Positions 18,650-29,488 of a DNA stretch of 64,000 bases are shown here, piece after piece. Positions within the stretch are counted from its first letter, which is position 1; the number at the start of each line of letters is the position of its first letter. Position numbers and translations under genes: made by a program. Location: assembly GCA_963822585.1 (NCBI GenBank), contig CAWGIE010000026.1:352001-416000 (forward strand), written 5' to 3'. The notes under the pieces are model-generated. The model worked only from the letters and a program-made list of their open reading frames with translations. It searched no databases and had not been told where the DNA came from. Source of the stretch: an uncultured bacterium (lineage in GTDB: Bacteria; Auribacterota; Erginobacteria; Erginobacterales; Erginobacteraceae).

Positions 18650-19495
18650 TCAGTCACCGCCGGCGGTGTATTTCCCCCAGTATTCCTCCAGGGGGTATTT
18701 TTCCCGGTTGAGTTTGAGTTTTTTACTGATGGCGGCGCTGAGATCAATGCGAAGCGTATGGCAGAGACTGAGAAGATAAATGGCGATGTCGGCGACTTCC
18801 TGGATTACTTCCTCGTATTTATCCGGATCCCGGGTCAGGTACCGGGCCTCGGAGACCGTGAGCCACTGGAAATGCTCCATCAACTCGGCGGCTTCGATCG
18901 CGATCGACATGCTGAGATTTTTGGGAGAGTGAAACTGTTCCCAGTCCCTTTCCGAAACAAACCGGTTGACTTCCCTCTTCAATGCAGAGACCGGGCAGTC
19001 GCCGTCGGAAAGAACCAGCTCGCCGGCGGGGGCCCGATTAATGGCTGACCGATCGGGACGGGCGTACGCGCTGCGGAGCCGCTCGATGATCGGATGGTCG
19101 GCAGCGGCGAAATCATACCGGTCGAGGTCCTCCACTCCGACCCAGCGGAAATCATGTACGTCCCGGATCTCCGGCTCTCCCTTCAGGTGGGCGCAGCTGT
19201 ACGCCAGCATCAGGACATGCTTGACCTCTTCCGGTGATTGCTGATAATTGTGGGAACTGACGCAGAAAATATCCCCCACCTCGATTTCGAAGTTCAGCTC
19301 TTCCCGGATCTCCCGCTTCAGGGCGGCGGGAGGATCCTCCGAGAATTCGATCTTCCCCCCCGGGAACTCCCATTTCAGCGGTTCCAGGAGGGAGTCCGGT
19401 TTACGCCGGGCAATCAGCAGTTCCCTCCCCCTCCAGATCACCCCGCAGGTGACAAGGATAATCCGGGCCCGAAAATTGTTTTCTTCGGAATTCAT
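18650..19495 (-). CDS. Fusion of MutT-like NUDIX hydrolase and MazG-like (dCTP pyrophosphatase-type) domain
   Basis: WEFPGGKIE...ALKREIREE Nudix box; ERDWEQFHSPKNL..IAIEAAELMEHFQW...EVADI..YL. Confidence 0.88.
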   Translation of the reverse strand: MNSEENNFRARIILVTCGVIWRGRELLIARRKPDSLLEPLKWEFPGGKIEFSEDPPAALKREIREELNFEIEVGDIFCVSSHNYQQSPEEVKHVLMLAYSCAHLKGEPEIRDVHDFRWVGVEDLDRYDFAAADHPIIERLRSAYARPDRSAINRAPAGELVLSDGDCPVSALKREVNRFVSERDWEQFHSPKNLSMSIAIEAAELMEHFQWLTVSEARYLTRDPDKYEEVIQEVADIAIYLLSLCHTLRIDLSAAISKKLKLNREKYPLEEYWGKYTAGGD

Positions 19496-19833
19496 GCCAG
19501 AGTATATAACACGGTCAGCGGGTACGGTCAACGGGAAGCACGGCATATCTCAGCTCGGCGGCGTTACCTATTCGTTTGGGAATATCCGGAAATTGAATGG
19601 ATGAGGTGATTAGCCCAAAAGCGTTTCTCAGGTTATCAGAACATCAGTGGGAAGAATATCAGGATATCAGATGATCCGGCGAAGCCGAACGCTCGACTGA
19701 TCCCCTGATAGCCCGATACCCTTCCTACTGGTCCCCTGATTTTCTGATACGCTTATTCCTACATGACACTTGAACATATGTTCCATTCATGTTATAGCAC
19801 CCGCCTTCATCAAAAGGAGGGGCACTGCTGACA

Positions 19834-21195
19834 ATGCTGGCGCGATATTTTAAATTTGAGGAGAATGGGACCAATTTCCGGATCGAGACCGGCGCCGGGA
19901 TCACGACATTCCTGACCCTGGCATACATCATTTTTGTGCAGCCGGCGGTGCTGTCCGGCAGGATGTTCGGGATGGAGACCGGGATGGATTTCTGGGCGGT
20001 GACGACGGCGACCTGCCTGGCCGGCGCCCTGGCCACCTTGATCATGGGGATATATGCCAACTACCCGATCGCCCAGGCGCCGGGGATGGGGGAGAACTTC
20101 TTCTTTGTCTTTTCAGTCATCCCGGCCGCGGCGGCCCTGATTACCGCCCGGGAATGGCAGGGCACATCTCCCTGGCAGGTAGCCCTGGGAGTGGTATTCA
20201 TCGCCGGGATTTTCTTTCTTATTCTCTCGCTCCTGAAAATCAGGCAGATCCTCATTGACTCGGTCAGCCCCAGCCTGAAGAACGGAATCGCGGTCGGGAT
20301 CGGGATTTTCATCGCCTTTATCGGCCTGCAGAACGCCCGGATCGTGGTGGCCAATCCCGGAACCCTGGTCATGCTCACCCGGGACATCGCCAACCCGGAT
20401 GTCCTGGTATTCGGCAGCGGACTCCTGGTGATGGCCGTTCTCTATACCCGGAAGGTCCGGGGAGCGATCCTGATCGGGATCGCCGCCGGGCTCATACTGT
20501 CCCTGCTGTTGGGGAAAGTACACTACTCCGGCATCGTCTCCCCTCCCCGGTCCCTCTCCCCCACCCTTCTCAAAATGGACATCCCGCACGCCCTGGCATT
20601 CCGGCTCTGGCCGTACATCATTATTTTTCTTTTCATGGATGTCTTCGATACCCTGGGGACACTGATCGGGGTCGCGGAACAGGCCGGTTTTATCCAGGAT
20701 AACCGGCTGCCCCGGGCGGGGAAGGCGATGCTCTCCGACGCCGTGGGAACGGTGGTGGGCGCCGCGATGGGGACCAGCACGGTCACCTCGTTCATCGAGA
20801 GCGCCACCGGGGTGGCTCATGGGGGGAGAACCGGTTTTGCCAGCGTGATCACGGCGGGGTGTTTCCTGCTCGCTCTTTTCTTCAGCCCCCTGGTGGGCAT
20901 GGTGGCGAATTATCCCCCGATCACCGCTCCCGCTCTGGTAGTGGTCGGCGCCATGATGATCCGGAACGTCGTCAAGATCGACTGGTCCGATTTCACGGAG
21001 TGCTTCCCGGCCTTTCTGGTCATCATCGGAATCCCGCTCTCTTACAGCATTGCCGACGGGATCGCCTGGAGCTTTATCTCCTATCCGCTGATCAAACTTT
21101 TCAGCGGACGCCGGCGCGATGTCAGCTGGATGATCTACCTGGTGGGAGGGCTCTTCCTGCTCCGCTATCTACTTCCTTACTTCGGGTGGGTTTGA
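19834..21195 (+). CDS. NCS2/AzgA-family nucleobase permease
   Basis: E..AGITTFLT.AYI, APGMGEN.FF, FDTLGTL, GTSTVTSFIESATG..GGRTG. Confidence 0.93.
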   Translation: MLARYFKFEENGTNFRIETGAGITTFLTLAYIIFVQPAVLSGRMFGMETGMDFWAVTTATCLAGALATLIMGIYANYPIAQAPGMGENFFFVFSVIPAAAALITAREWQGTSPWQVALGVVFIAGIFFLILSLLKIRQILIDSVSPSLKNGIAVGIGIFIAFIGLQNARIVVANPGTLVMLTRDIANPDVLVFGSGLLVMAVLYTRKVRGAILIGIAAGLILSLLLGKVHYSGIVSPPRSLSPTLLKMDIPHALAFRLWPYIIIFLFMDVFDTLGTLIGVAEQAGFIQDNRLPRAGKAMLSDAVGTVVGAAMGTSTVTSFIESATGVAHGGRTGFASVITAGCFLLALFFSPLVGMVANYPPITAPALVVVGAMMIRNVVKIDWSDFTECFPAFLVIIGIPLSYSIADGIAWSFISYPLIKLFSGRRRDVSWMIYLVGGLFLLRYLLPYFGWV

Positions 21196-21283
21196 GGAAG
21201 GGTTCGGACGAGTCGGACTGGTCAGACGGGTCGGACAAATCAGTCGGATCGGTCCGATCCGACCGATGCCCTCAACCACCCCC

Positions 21284-22870
21284 TCACCTCACCACCGGGA
21301 GATCGTCGCTGGCGCCGAAGTAGGTCCTGGTTACCCCCGGAATCGCCCAGAGTCCGCTGGCAGACCGGAAAACGCCGATCCCCTCCGTCCCGGTCCCCTG
21401 GTAGTCCCCCGGCACCGGCAGGTCGGAGTTTCCCCCGAAGTAGATCCTGCTCAAACCGCGCACACTCCAGAGGCCGGCGGGAGGGCGGAAAATGCCGAGT
21501 TCGCATCTTCCCCCGCCGGTGTAATCGGCCGGGACCGGAAGGTCGATACTCCCGCCGAAATAGACACGGCTTCTTCCCCTGACGACCCAGAGCCCTGCAG
21601 AGGGACGGTAGAGGGCGGCAACCACCGAGCCGCCGCCGTAATTCCCCGGACAAGGAATGTCCCCGTCCGCTCCATAGTAAAACCTGGTTACGCCCGGCAC
21701 CGCCCAGAGCCCGGTACCTCCTCGGAAAATACCGATGTCACAGGTTCCGTCGCCGTCGTAGTCGGCGGGAGCCGCCTGATCCCCCCCCGCCCCGAAGTAG
21801 CGGCGGGTCACCCCTTTCACCGCCCAGAGACCGGTTCCGCCCCGGAAGAGAGCAAAATCGGCGGTCCCGTCTCCGTTATAATCGCCGGGAGCCGGATCGT
21901 CCGCCGACGAACCGAAATATGTCCGGGTCACCCCCTTGACCGCCCAGAGCCCCGCGGAAGGCCGGAAGAGGGCGAGATCGGTCGTTCCGTTGCCGTCATA
22001 ATCCCCCTTCCGCTCCGATGAAGTCGGGCCTGGAGTACCATCCCATCCTGCCAGGCGAGCCATCAGCCACCAGAAGGCACGGCCTTTCAGATTGCAGTTC
22101 AGGGACTGGGAATGAGCACAATCACAGTACATACAGAGATCGGAACCGGGATGAGCCGCGCACCAGTCAACCCCCCAGTTGCCGGAATCATACTCACACC
22201 CATCATCCCCCACTCCGGCGCCCTGGTCGAGATAATCGGTACCATTCGGGTCATAACGCTCAATATCTGCAAAATCGTAGAGGATTTTGTTGTTATTGCG
22301 GCAATATTGTCTGATCTGTTCATTGCGTTGATGGAGATTTCCACTACTCCCGCTGCCGTCAAGGTGCCCGGTCATATATATGAATTTATAAAACGGGTAC
22401 TCGGTTTCAAGTTGATTCATCAAGTCCAGATAATCATCGGCGATATCGTCTGAAGTGGCCGAAGATACCTGGCCGCACCAGGACCACATGATCATATTGC
22501 GGTTGTTTCCCTCAGTATTAAGGAGCGTTCTGGTCCTGCTATACCAGGTAATTCGATCCGGATTGCCAAGATCTCCGTCTGGTTCTGTATCATGAAGGGA
22601 AAGGGCTCCTCCAGAACCATCTTCATTATAAGCGTAAAGAGCACCATATTGACTTTCGATGTTTTCCATCCCACTTACAAGCTGACTCCCGTGAGACGTA
22701 TGACCATAGGATAATCTAAAAGTACTCCGGGCCGAATTAATATACGCTTCCGGAACCTGTGAAAGGTCGGTGCAAGTATGATCGATGATGATCGCCTGGG
22801 ACAGTACGGGGGATGAAGCCAGAAAGAAAAAAGACACACCGACGAGCGTGGCCGCCAAGATTTTATCCAT
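21284..22870 (-). CDS. Secreted protein: SGNH-like domain plus six C-terminal FG-GAP-like repeats of about 40 aa
   Basis: GGAGG RBS before ATG 22870; signal peptide; YGHTSHGSQ, MWSWCGQ, YMTGHLDG, LYDFADIE; 6x GDYxGxG..D...FR...GLWAV.GVTR.YFG. Confidence 0.85.
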   Translation of the reverse strand: MDKILAATLVGVSFFFLASSPVLSQAIIIDHTCTDLSQVPEAYINSARSTFRLSYGHTSHGSQLVSGMENIESQYGALYAYNEDGSGGALSLHDTEPDGDLGNPDRITWYSRTRTLLNTEGNNRNMIMWSWCGQVSSATSDDIADDYLDLMNQLETEYPFYKFIYMTGHLDGSGSSGNLHQRNEQIRQYCRNNNKILYDFADIERYDPNGTDYLDQGAGVGDDGCEYDSGNWGVDWCAAHPGSDLCMYCDCAHSQSLNCNLKGRAFWWLMARLAGWDGTPGPTSSERKGDYDGNGTTDLALFRPSAGLWAVKGVTRTYFGSSADDPAPGDYNGDGTADFALFRGGTGLWAVKGVTRRYFGAGGDQAAPADYDGDGTCDIGIFRGGTGLWAVPGVTRFYYGADGDIPCPGNYGGGSVVAALYRPSAGLWVVRGRSRVYFGGSIDLPVPADYTGGGRCELGIFRPPAGLWSVRGLSRIYFGGNSDLPVPGDYQGTGTEGIGVFRSASGLWAIPGVTRTYFGASDDLPVVR

Positions 22871-22999
22871 ACCGTCCTCCTGATCCGTTAAATGGTTAAT
22901 GGGTCCTTTGGAGAAATGATCTTTAACCCAATATACCACACTGTCAATCAGTTCCACACCCCGGCTTCTCTCTCTCCGGGTACGGACACGGCAGGATAA

Positions 23000-23449
23000 T
23001 CACCGCAAGCGCTGCTTCATGGCCTTGGCCGCCTCGCGGTCGGCGTCGCGTTTCTTGATCGTCTCCCTCTTGTCGTACATCCGTTTCCCCTTCCCCACCC
23101 CCAGTTCCGCTTTCACCAGCCCGTCCTTCAGGTAGATCCGGAGCGGGACCAGGGTGTGCCCCTTGACCGCCGTCACCCCGACCAACCGCCTGATCTCCCG
23201 CTTGTGCAGAAGGAGCTTTCTTTTCCGGCGGGGGGCGGGATCGAAGGCTCCTCCATATTCATAAGGGGTGATGTGAAGGCCGTGAAGCCAGACCTCTCCG
23301 TCATCCACCGCGGCGTAACTTCCGGTCAGAGACCCCTGCCCGCTCCGGAGAGACTTGACCTCCGTCCCCTGCAGAACCATGCCGGCCTCAAAAGTATCAA
23401 GAATCGTGTAGTCGCGGCGGGCTTTTCGGTTGGTCACCAGAACCTTCAC
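23000..23449 (-). CDS. smpB: SsrA-binding protein
   Basis: NRKAR.DY, EAG.VL.GTEVKSLR, RKLLLHKREI, KGK..YDKRETIK. Confidence 0.97.
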   Translation of the reverse strand: MKVLVTNRKARRDYTILDTFEAGMVLQGTEVKSLRSGQGSLTGSYAAVDDGEVWLHGLHITPYEYGGAFDPAPRRKRKLLLHKREIRRLVGVTAVKGHTLVPLRIYLKDGLVKAELGVGKGKRMYDKRETIKKRDADREAAKAMKQRLR

Positions 23450-23455
23450 GGGATT

Positions 23456-23899
23456 CTATCCATCACCCCCCCAGCCCGACTCCACCTTGCTCGCCTCGAT
23501 AAGATAAATATCCAGTTTATAGCTGTCGGTGACACGCCCCCCTGCCCTTTTCACCTTGGCCTTGGGCTGCCTGACGGTACCGTAAACGGTAATCCGTTCG
23601 CCGTCCTTGAGCCCGCCGACCAACGTCTCGTTGGCGGAGGTCCGCCGTAGAAAACACCACATACCCGATTCACGGCATCCGAAAGAGATATATTTCTGAG
23701 TGGTATATCCGGCCGCGGTGAGGGCGGGGGGAACCCCGGAACGCCGGTTGATAAAGACATCCTTCAGGATGATGGACGCGTTCTTGTATTTATTGGGGCT
23801 GATTTTGAGGTCATTGGGTTCGACCGCCCGCTGGGCAAATACCGGTTCGCCGGCCCAGCAGAACAGCAGCGTTATCACGATCAGAAGCGAGGCTTTCAT
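23456..23899 (-). CDS. Secreted hypothetical protein (possible OB-fold)
   Basis: GGAGG RBS, signal peptide, GERITVYGTV motif. Confidence 0.7.
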   Translation of the reverse strand: MKASLLIVITLLFCWAGEPVFAQRAVEPNDLKISPNKYKNASIILKDVFINRRSGVPPALTAAGYTTQKYISFGCRESGMWCFLRRTSANETLVGGLKDGERITVYGTVRQPKAKVKRAGGRVTDSYKLDIYLIEASKVESGWGGDG

Positions 23900-24207
23900 A
23901 CAACCCTCCTTTGAGGTTTGTCATCCCCCGAGGGATTTGTTGGAATGTTGTAATAGCATCGCATAGTATATGCCGATTGGGAGGGCAGTCAAGAAGTCAT
24001 GCCCCCCACGATACGGGTGCTGATCCGGGGCGCCGACATTTTTTATTTATCGGCCGCTGGAGTTCGAGTATATTCTTCCTGCCGTCGGTGACGCTCCGCG
24101 GACCGGGCGGCGCAATATAGTGACGATAATGAATACCCGGATGATTCAGGGACATTTTTATTTCCCGCGAATCAACCGGCTAAACAAGGTGGGAAGAGGC
24201 CTGATAC

Positions 24208-25920
24208 ATGAATAACAACCAGGAAGAGATCCGGGATACCGGCATCGCCCCGACTGACTTTATCCGGGAGATCGTGGCCGGGGACCTGAAGGAAGGCAAG
24301 AACAACGGGAAGGTGGTGACCCGGTTCCCTCCGGAACCGAACGGGTACCTTCATATCGGCCACGCCAAATCCATCTGCCTCAACTTCGGGATCGCCCGGG
24401 AAAACAAGGGCGGCGTTTGTCATCTTCGCTTCGACGATACCAACCCCGCCAAGGAGGAGGAGGAGTATGTTCGTTCGATCACCGAGGATGTGCGCTGGCT
24501 CGGCTTCGATTGGGGGGACCACCTGTACTATGCCTCGGACTACTTCGATCAGCTGTACCGGTACGCCGAAATGCTGATCCGTGACGGGAAGGCGTATGTG
24601 GACAGCCTGACCCAGCAGGAAATCAGGGACTACCGCGGCACTCTGACCGAACCGGGAAGGGAGAGTCCTTACCGCGATCGGACGGTGGAGGAGAATTTGG
24701 ACCTCTTCCAGAGGATGCGGGCGGGTGAATTCGAAGACGGGAACCATGTTCTCCGGGCCCGGATCGAGATGGCCTCCCCCAATCTCAACCTGAGAGACCC
24801 GACTATCTACCGGATCCGCCGCCAGCACCATCACCGGACCGGGGACCGCTGGTGCATCTACCCGATGTATGATTTCGCTCACTGCCTCTCGGATTCCATC
24901 GAGGGGATCACCCACTCCATCTGCACCCTGGAATTCGAAAACAACCGCCCGCTCTATGACTGGTTTCTGGATCAGCTGCCGGTTCCCTGCCATCCCCGCC
25001 AGGTCGAATTCGCCCGGCTCAACCTCAGCCACACGGTCCTTTCCAAGAGAAAGTTGCTGGAACTGGTCGAGGGCGGCTACGTGAGCGGATGGGATGATCC
25101 CCGGATGCCGACCCTGGCCGGGCTTCGGCGACGCGGGTACACCCCGGAGGCGATCAGAAACTTCTGCGACGTCATCAGCGTTTCCAAAAGAGACAGCCTC
25201 GTCGATCTGGCCCTGCTGGAACACTGTCTCCGAGACGATCTGAACCGGCGGGCAAAAAGGGTGATGGCGGTTTTACGGCCCCTGCGGGCGGTGATCGAGA
25301 ACTACCCTGAGGGGCAGGTGGAGTACCTTCCCGCCGTCAACAACCCGGAGAAGCCGGAGGAGGGGACCCGGGAGATCCCGTTCTCCCGGACCATTTACCT
25401 GGAGAGAGACGATTTCCGGGAAGATCCGCCGAAAAAATATTTCCGGTTGGCGCCGGGACGGGAGGTGCGGCTCAAACATGCCTATTTTATTACCTGCGAA
25501 CGGGTGATCCGGGACCCGGAGACGGGAGAAGCGATCGAGCTCCGGTGCTCTTACGACCCGGAAACGAAAAGCGGTTCGGCGCCGAACAACCGGAAGGTGA
25601 AAGGAACTCTGCACTGGGTCTCGGCCCCGCACGCGCTGGAAGCCGAGGTCCGTCTCTACGACACCCTCTTCGCGAACCCGGAACCGGGCAGTGCGGGGGA
25701 TGAGTTCAAGGACAGCCTGAACCCTCAATCGCTTGAAGTGCTTCGGGGTTGCCGGGTGGAACCGGCTCTCGCCAACGCGAAACCGGGCTCGTTCTTTCAA
25801 TTCCTGCGCACCGGTTATTTCACCGTCGATCCCGACTCGTCCCCCGGCAGACCCGTCTTCAACCGTTCGGTCCCCCTGCGCGACACCTGGGCCAAGATCG
25901 AGCGCTCCCGGGAAAAATGA
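24208..25920 (+). CDS. glnS: Glutamine--tRNA ligase
   Basis: [39 protein letters not shown]. Confidence 0.97.
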   Translation: MNNNQEEIRDTGIAPTDFIREIVAGDLKEGKNNGKVVTRFPPEPNGYLHIGHAKSICLNFGIARENKGGVCHLRFDDTNPAKEEEEYVRSITEDVRWLGFDWGDHLYYASDYFDQLYRYAEMLIRDGKAYVDSLTQQEIRDYRGTLTEPGRESPYRDRTVEENLDLFQRMRAGEFEDGNHVLRARIEMASPNLNLRDPTIYRIRRQHHHRTGDRWCIYPMYDFAHCLSDSIEGITHSICTLEFENNRPLYDWFLDQLPVPCHPRQVEFARLNLSHTVLSKRKLLELVEGGYVSGWDDPRMPTLAGLRRRGYTPEAIRNFCDVISVSKRDSLVDLALLEHCLRDDLNRRAKRVMAVLRPLRAVIENYPEGQVEYLPAVNNPEKPEEGTREIPFSRTIYLERDDFREDPPKKYFRLAPGREVRLKHAYFITCERVIRDPETGEAIELRCSYDPETKSGSAPNNRKVKGTLHWVSAPHALEAEVRLYDTLFANPEPGSAGDEFKDSLNPQSLEVLRGCRVEPALANAKPGSFFQFLRTGYFTVDPDSSPGRPVFNRSVPLRDTWAKIERSREK

Positions 25921-25938
25921 GCCGGGCGAACTTATTTT

Positions 25939-26026
25939 ACCACGAAGGACATGAAGAACACGAAGAACTGTTAAGAAAAAAACAAAATGCAGATCAGTAT
26001 TTAGTAATCTTCGTGTTCTTCGTGGT
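25939..26026. repeat. Inverted 9-mer repeat (CACGAAG..n / CTTCGTG..n) between convergent genes
   Basis: ACCACGAAGGACATGAAGAACACGAAG ... CTTCGTGTTCTTCGTGGT. Confidence 0.75.
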
Positions 26027-26043
26027 TTATTTATTCTTGCGAG

Positions 26044-26814
26044 CTATTTCACCTCATCCCAGATCGCGTCCAGTTCTTCCAGGGTCATCTTTTCCATACA
26101 CTTCCCCTGCTCCCGGATTGTTTTTTCCATCTTGCGGAAACGCCCGGTCCACCGGTTGATCATCTTCTGGAGGGAAAGCTCAGCGTCCAACTTCAGGTGC
26201 CGGGCCAGATTGACGACCGCGAAGAGAAGATCGCCCAGTTCCGCCTGCCGGCGGCTATGATCGCCGCCGGCGATTTCAGCTTCAATCTCCTCCAGTTCTT
26301 CACGGATTTTAGCGATAACACCCGTCACGTCCGGCCAGTCGAACCCGGAACCGGCAGCCTTCTCCTGAATCCGTTGGGCCCGGCGCAGGGCGGGCAGATG
26401 CCGGAGAAGGTCGGGGACGAGAGGACCGGCGGTACATTCCCCCTTCTCCTTTTTCTCCCGCCGCTTTATCTCCTCCCAGTTTCTCAGCACATCAGCCACC
26501 CCTTCAACCTTCTCCTCGCCGAAGACATGCGGATGGCGTCTGATCATCTTCTCTTCGATCGACCGGGTAACGGCATCGATGGTAATCTCCCCTTCTTCAG
26601 CGGCCACCCGGCAGAGCAGCAACACGTGGAAGAGAAGGTCCCCCAGCTCTTCGGTGAGGTTATCCCCGTCCAGGGCGTTAATCGCGGCAAAAACCTCATG
26701 CGCCTCATCGACCAGGTAGGGCTTCAGTGTTTCCAGTGTCTGTTCCCGGTCCCAGGGGCAGCCGTCGGGGCCCCGGAGACGCTGGATGATCGTCATCAAT
26801 TTTTCAATGCTCAT
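26044..26814 (-). CDS. mazG: Nucleoside triphosphate pyrophosphohydrolase MazG
   Basis: LRGPDGCPWDREQT, EELGDLL, RRHPHVF, GFDW, ELGDLLF. Confidence 0.95.
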   Translation of the reverse strand: MSIEKLMTIIQRLRGPDGCPWDREQTLETLKPYLVDEAHEVFAAINALDGDNLTEELGDLLFHVLLLCRVAAEEGEITIDAVTRSIEEKMIRRHPHVFGEEKVEGVADVLRNWEEIKRREKKEKGECTAGPLVPDLLRHLPALRRAQRIQEKAAGSGFDWPDVTGVIAKIREELEEIEAEIAGGDHSRRQAELGDLLFAVVNLARHLKLDAELSLQKMINRWTGRFRKMEKTIREQGKCMEKMTLEELDAIWDEVK

Positions 26815-27034
26815 CTTTCCTTTCCCTTTTGATGTGATATATTACCATAACTCGATTTTTGCCGGTCGGTAGGCATCGGACTGGATTTGAACAACGACCG
26901 GGTTTTAAAAACGGTAAAATCCAAACCTGCTCTTTTGATCTGCGTCTCCGGCAATGACATTCAAGAAGAATAACACATTGTTCTTCCGGGGAACGGGGAA
27001 AAAGCGCCTTCCCCGGCTTCGGAGAGCCCGTTAG

Positions 27035-29485
27035 ATGAAAAAACCGGCGGCACCACCGACAAACAGGATCATCCTTCTGATTCTGTCCCTCTGCCTGCTG
27101 CCGGTTTTTTTTCCTCTCGGCTGCACAAAACGGGACAAAGACGAGGCCTCCTCCACTACCGAGTACCTGGATGTCAACCTTAAAAAGTTTCCGGAGGACC
27201 AGTATAACACGGTTCCTCCTCGGGCGGATGCCGGGAAGATCATCGCGGCGGGAGACGCGGTCAAGCTGACCTTCTATGGCGCCACCCGGATCGTGGGGGG
27301 ATCCTGCATCCTGCTCGAATACCGGGGGAAACGCATCCTGATCGATGCCGGCATCTTTTACATGAACAGCCTGGTCCCGCTGGACAGGCGCTTTGAATTC
27401 GATCCCTCCACTCTTGACTACGTCATTCTGACCCATGCTCATGGAGATCATAACGCCCGGGTGCCGTTATTGTATGAACGGGGCTATACGGGAAAAATCT
27501 ACAGCACCCCGCCCACCAAGGATATCAGCAATGTCATGCTTCAGCTGGGCGCGGGGATGACGGCACGCCGCTACCGGGTCGATTTCAGGAACAAGACCGT
27601 GCACAGCCGCCCCTGTGAAAAATCAAAGGCCCTCCGTCCGGATGAGTTCCTCGATGTCGGCAACGCCCGGGTCTGGCTGGACAACATGGGTTATCACTCC
27701 TGCCGGCTCTGCCAGGAGATGGTGGTAAGAGATAAGGCCGCGTTGAGCAATAAAGTCGAGGACTGGTTCCAGACGGTCGAACCCGGCGAGCTGATCGAAC
27801 TGGAAAAAGACATCCGCCTTCGTCTCCATAACGCCGGCCATATACTGGGCAGTTCCCAGGCGGAACTGATCCTGGGCGATGGTGAAGACGCGATCACGCT
27901 GGTCTTCGGCGGAGATTACGGTAACCAGATCTCCCCCCTGCTCAGAAAGCCCGATCAAATCGAGAAAGCCGATTACGTGATCACCGAGGCCACCTACGGC
28001 GCGGTCCGGAAAAAATTCAAGGAACCGTACTTTGAGGATTTTATCGATGACGTTGTCGCCGCGGTCCAGCGGGGAGAGCGGGTCATCATGCCGGCGTTTG
28101 TCCTCAGCAAGTCCCAGAAGATTATCACCATCCTGGCGGAAGAGGCATACCTGGGGAGAATACCAAAAAACTGTCCGATCATCGTAACGTCACCCACGGT
28201 TAAAAAACTGGACGATATCTATCAGAAATACCTCCAGTCGAACCCCGAGGACTATTTTTCCGACTGGGCGATGAAACGGCAGAAATGGCGTAATCCTTTT
28301 GAAAACGATCAGTTCTTTTTCGGCTCGATCAACAGCTACCGGAACAAGTATGGCGATGTCGGAAGCCCGGCCATATTTCTCGTTTCATCGGGGATGATGG
28401 ATTTTGCCAGCGCCCTGGAGATGGCGGAGAAATACCTCGCCGATCCCAAATCAAACTTCTTCATCGTCGGCTGGCAGAGTCCCGACTCCGTCGGCAGAGC
28501 TGCCATGAAACTGCCGGAAGTGGTTATCAAGGGCAAAACCATCCCGGTTCGGGCCCGGGTGAAAAGATTCGGACAGTTCTCATCCCACGGAGACCTGACG
28601 ATGCTGCTCGAGAACATAAAGAACTACCGGGATCTGAAGGGGGTGATCGTCCAGCACGGCGAGATGGAGTCAACTCTCAACCTGGCGCAGCTGATCAACC
28701 GGGACTACGGTTACCCGGTTTTCGTCCCAGCCTTCCTGGATACGCTCTGGCTGGATAAAAAATCCTTCCTGAAGGCAGATCATGATTTTTCCATCCAGGC
28801 CCAGCAACTCCGGCAGCTCGATCCGGCCCTGGAACTCCCCCCGGCCACCCTGGAGAAAAAAAACCAGGTCGCCTACAATAACCTGGATCAGGCGGAGAAA
28901 GCATACCGAAGCGGGAACCTGGACCTGGCCCTCAAATATGCCCGCGATGCCGTCCGGCGCTATGAATCCCTGGCCGACGCCCATTACCTGATGGGAAAAA
29001 TATTTCAGGATAAGGGGATGACCGGCCTGATGATGGAATCTTACCGGAAAGCGGTCACGATCAACCCCCACGACGCGCGCTACTACCTCGGCCTGGCAAA
29101 AGGATTTCTCGCCGAAGGGAAGCCCGAGGATGCCGCCAGCGAGCTGCGCACCTGCCTTTTTTACCAGCCGGAAGAGATCGAGGCGCTGGCACTGCTGGGG
29201 GAGATTTACTGCAAGAGCGACCGCGAATCAACCGGCCTGGAACTCCTGAAAGCGGCCAACTCCATCGACCCCTACGATGAGACGGTCAGTGTTACCGTGG
29301 AAGAGATGGTGCGGCAGCAGGAGAAACGTCAGGTTTATTACCTGGTCAGCCGGAACGGAAAATTCTTTCATTACCCCTGGTGTCCCCTGGCACAGCGGAT
29401 CGCGGAGCGAAACCAGATACGGTTCCAGAGCCGTTCGGAAGCCCTGCAGAAAGGCTACCTTCCTTGTATCCAGTGCACTCCTTGA
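27035..29485 (+). CDS. Lipoprotein MBL-fold beta-CASP nuclease with TPRs and Ada-type zinc-binding domains
   Basis: Hydrophobic signal ending LGC; THAHGDH, AGHILGS, GDYG, EATYG, FSSHGD, QHGE; C-terminal KFFHYPWC...GYLPCIQCTP. Confidence 0.85.
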   Translation: MKKPAAPPTNRIILLILSLCLLPVFFPLGCTKRDKDEASSTTEYLDVNLKKFPEDQYNTVPPRADAGKIIAAGDAVKLTFYGATRIVGGSCILLEYRGKRILIDAGIFYMNSLVPLDRRFEFDPSTLDYVILTHAHGDHNARVPLLYERGYTGKIYSTPPTKDISNVMLQLGAGMTARRYRVDFRNKTVHSRPCEKSKALRPDEFLDVGNARVWLDNMGYHSCRLCQEMVVRDKAALSNKVEDWFQTVEPGELIELEKDIRLRLHNAGHILGSSQAELILGDGEDAITLVFGGDYGNQISPLLRKPDQIEKADYVITEATYGAVRKKFKEPYFEDFIDDVVAAVQRGERVIMPAFVLSKSQKIITILAEEAYLGRIPKNCPIIVTSPTVKKLDDIYQKYLQSNPEDYFSDWAMKRQKWRNPFENDQFFFGSINSYRNKYGDVGSPAIFLVSSGMMDFASALEMAEKYLADPKSNFFIVGWQSPDSVGRAAMKLPEVVIKGKTIPVRARVKRFGQFSSHGDLTMLLENIKNYRDLKGVIVQHGEMESTLNLAQLINRDYGYPVFVPAFLDTLWLDKKSFLKADHDFSIQAQQLRQLDPALELPPATLEKKNQVAYNNLDQAEKAYRSGNLDLALKYARDAVRRYESLADAHYLMGKIFQDKGMTGLMMESYRKAVTINPHDARYYLGLAKGFLAEGKPEDAASELRTCLFYQPEEIEALALLGEIYCKSDRESTGLELLKAANSIDPYDETVSVTVEEMVRQQEKRQVYYLVSRNGKFFHYPWCPLAQRIAERNQIRFQSRSEALQKGYLPCIQCTP

Positions 29486-29488
29486 GAT

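Noticed and set aside
23900..24207. tmRNA near smpB
   Set aside because: No tRNA-like acceptor ends or T-arm recognisable
24172..25224. 350-aa minus-strand ORF
   Set aside because: Shadow of glnS
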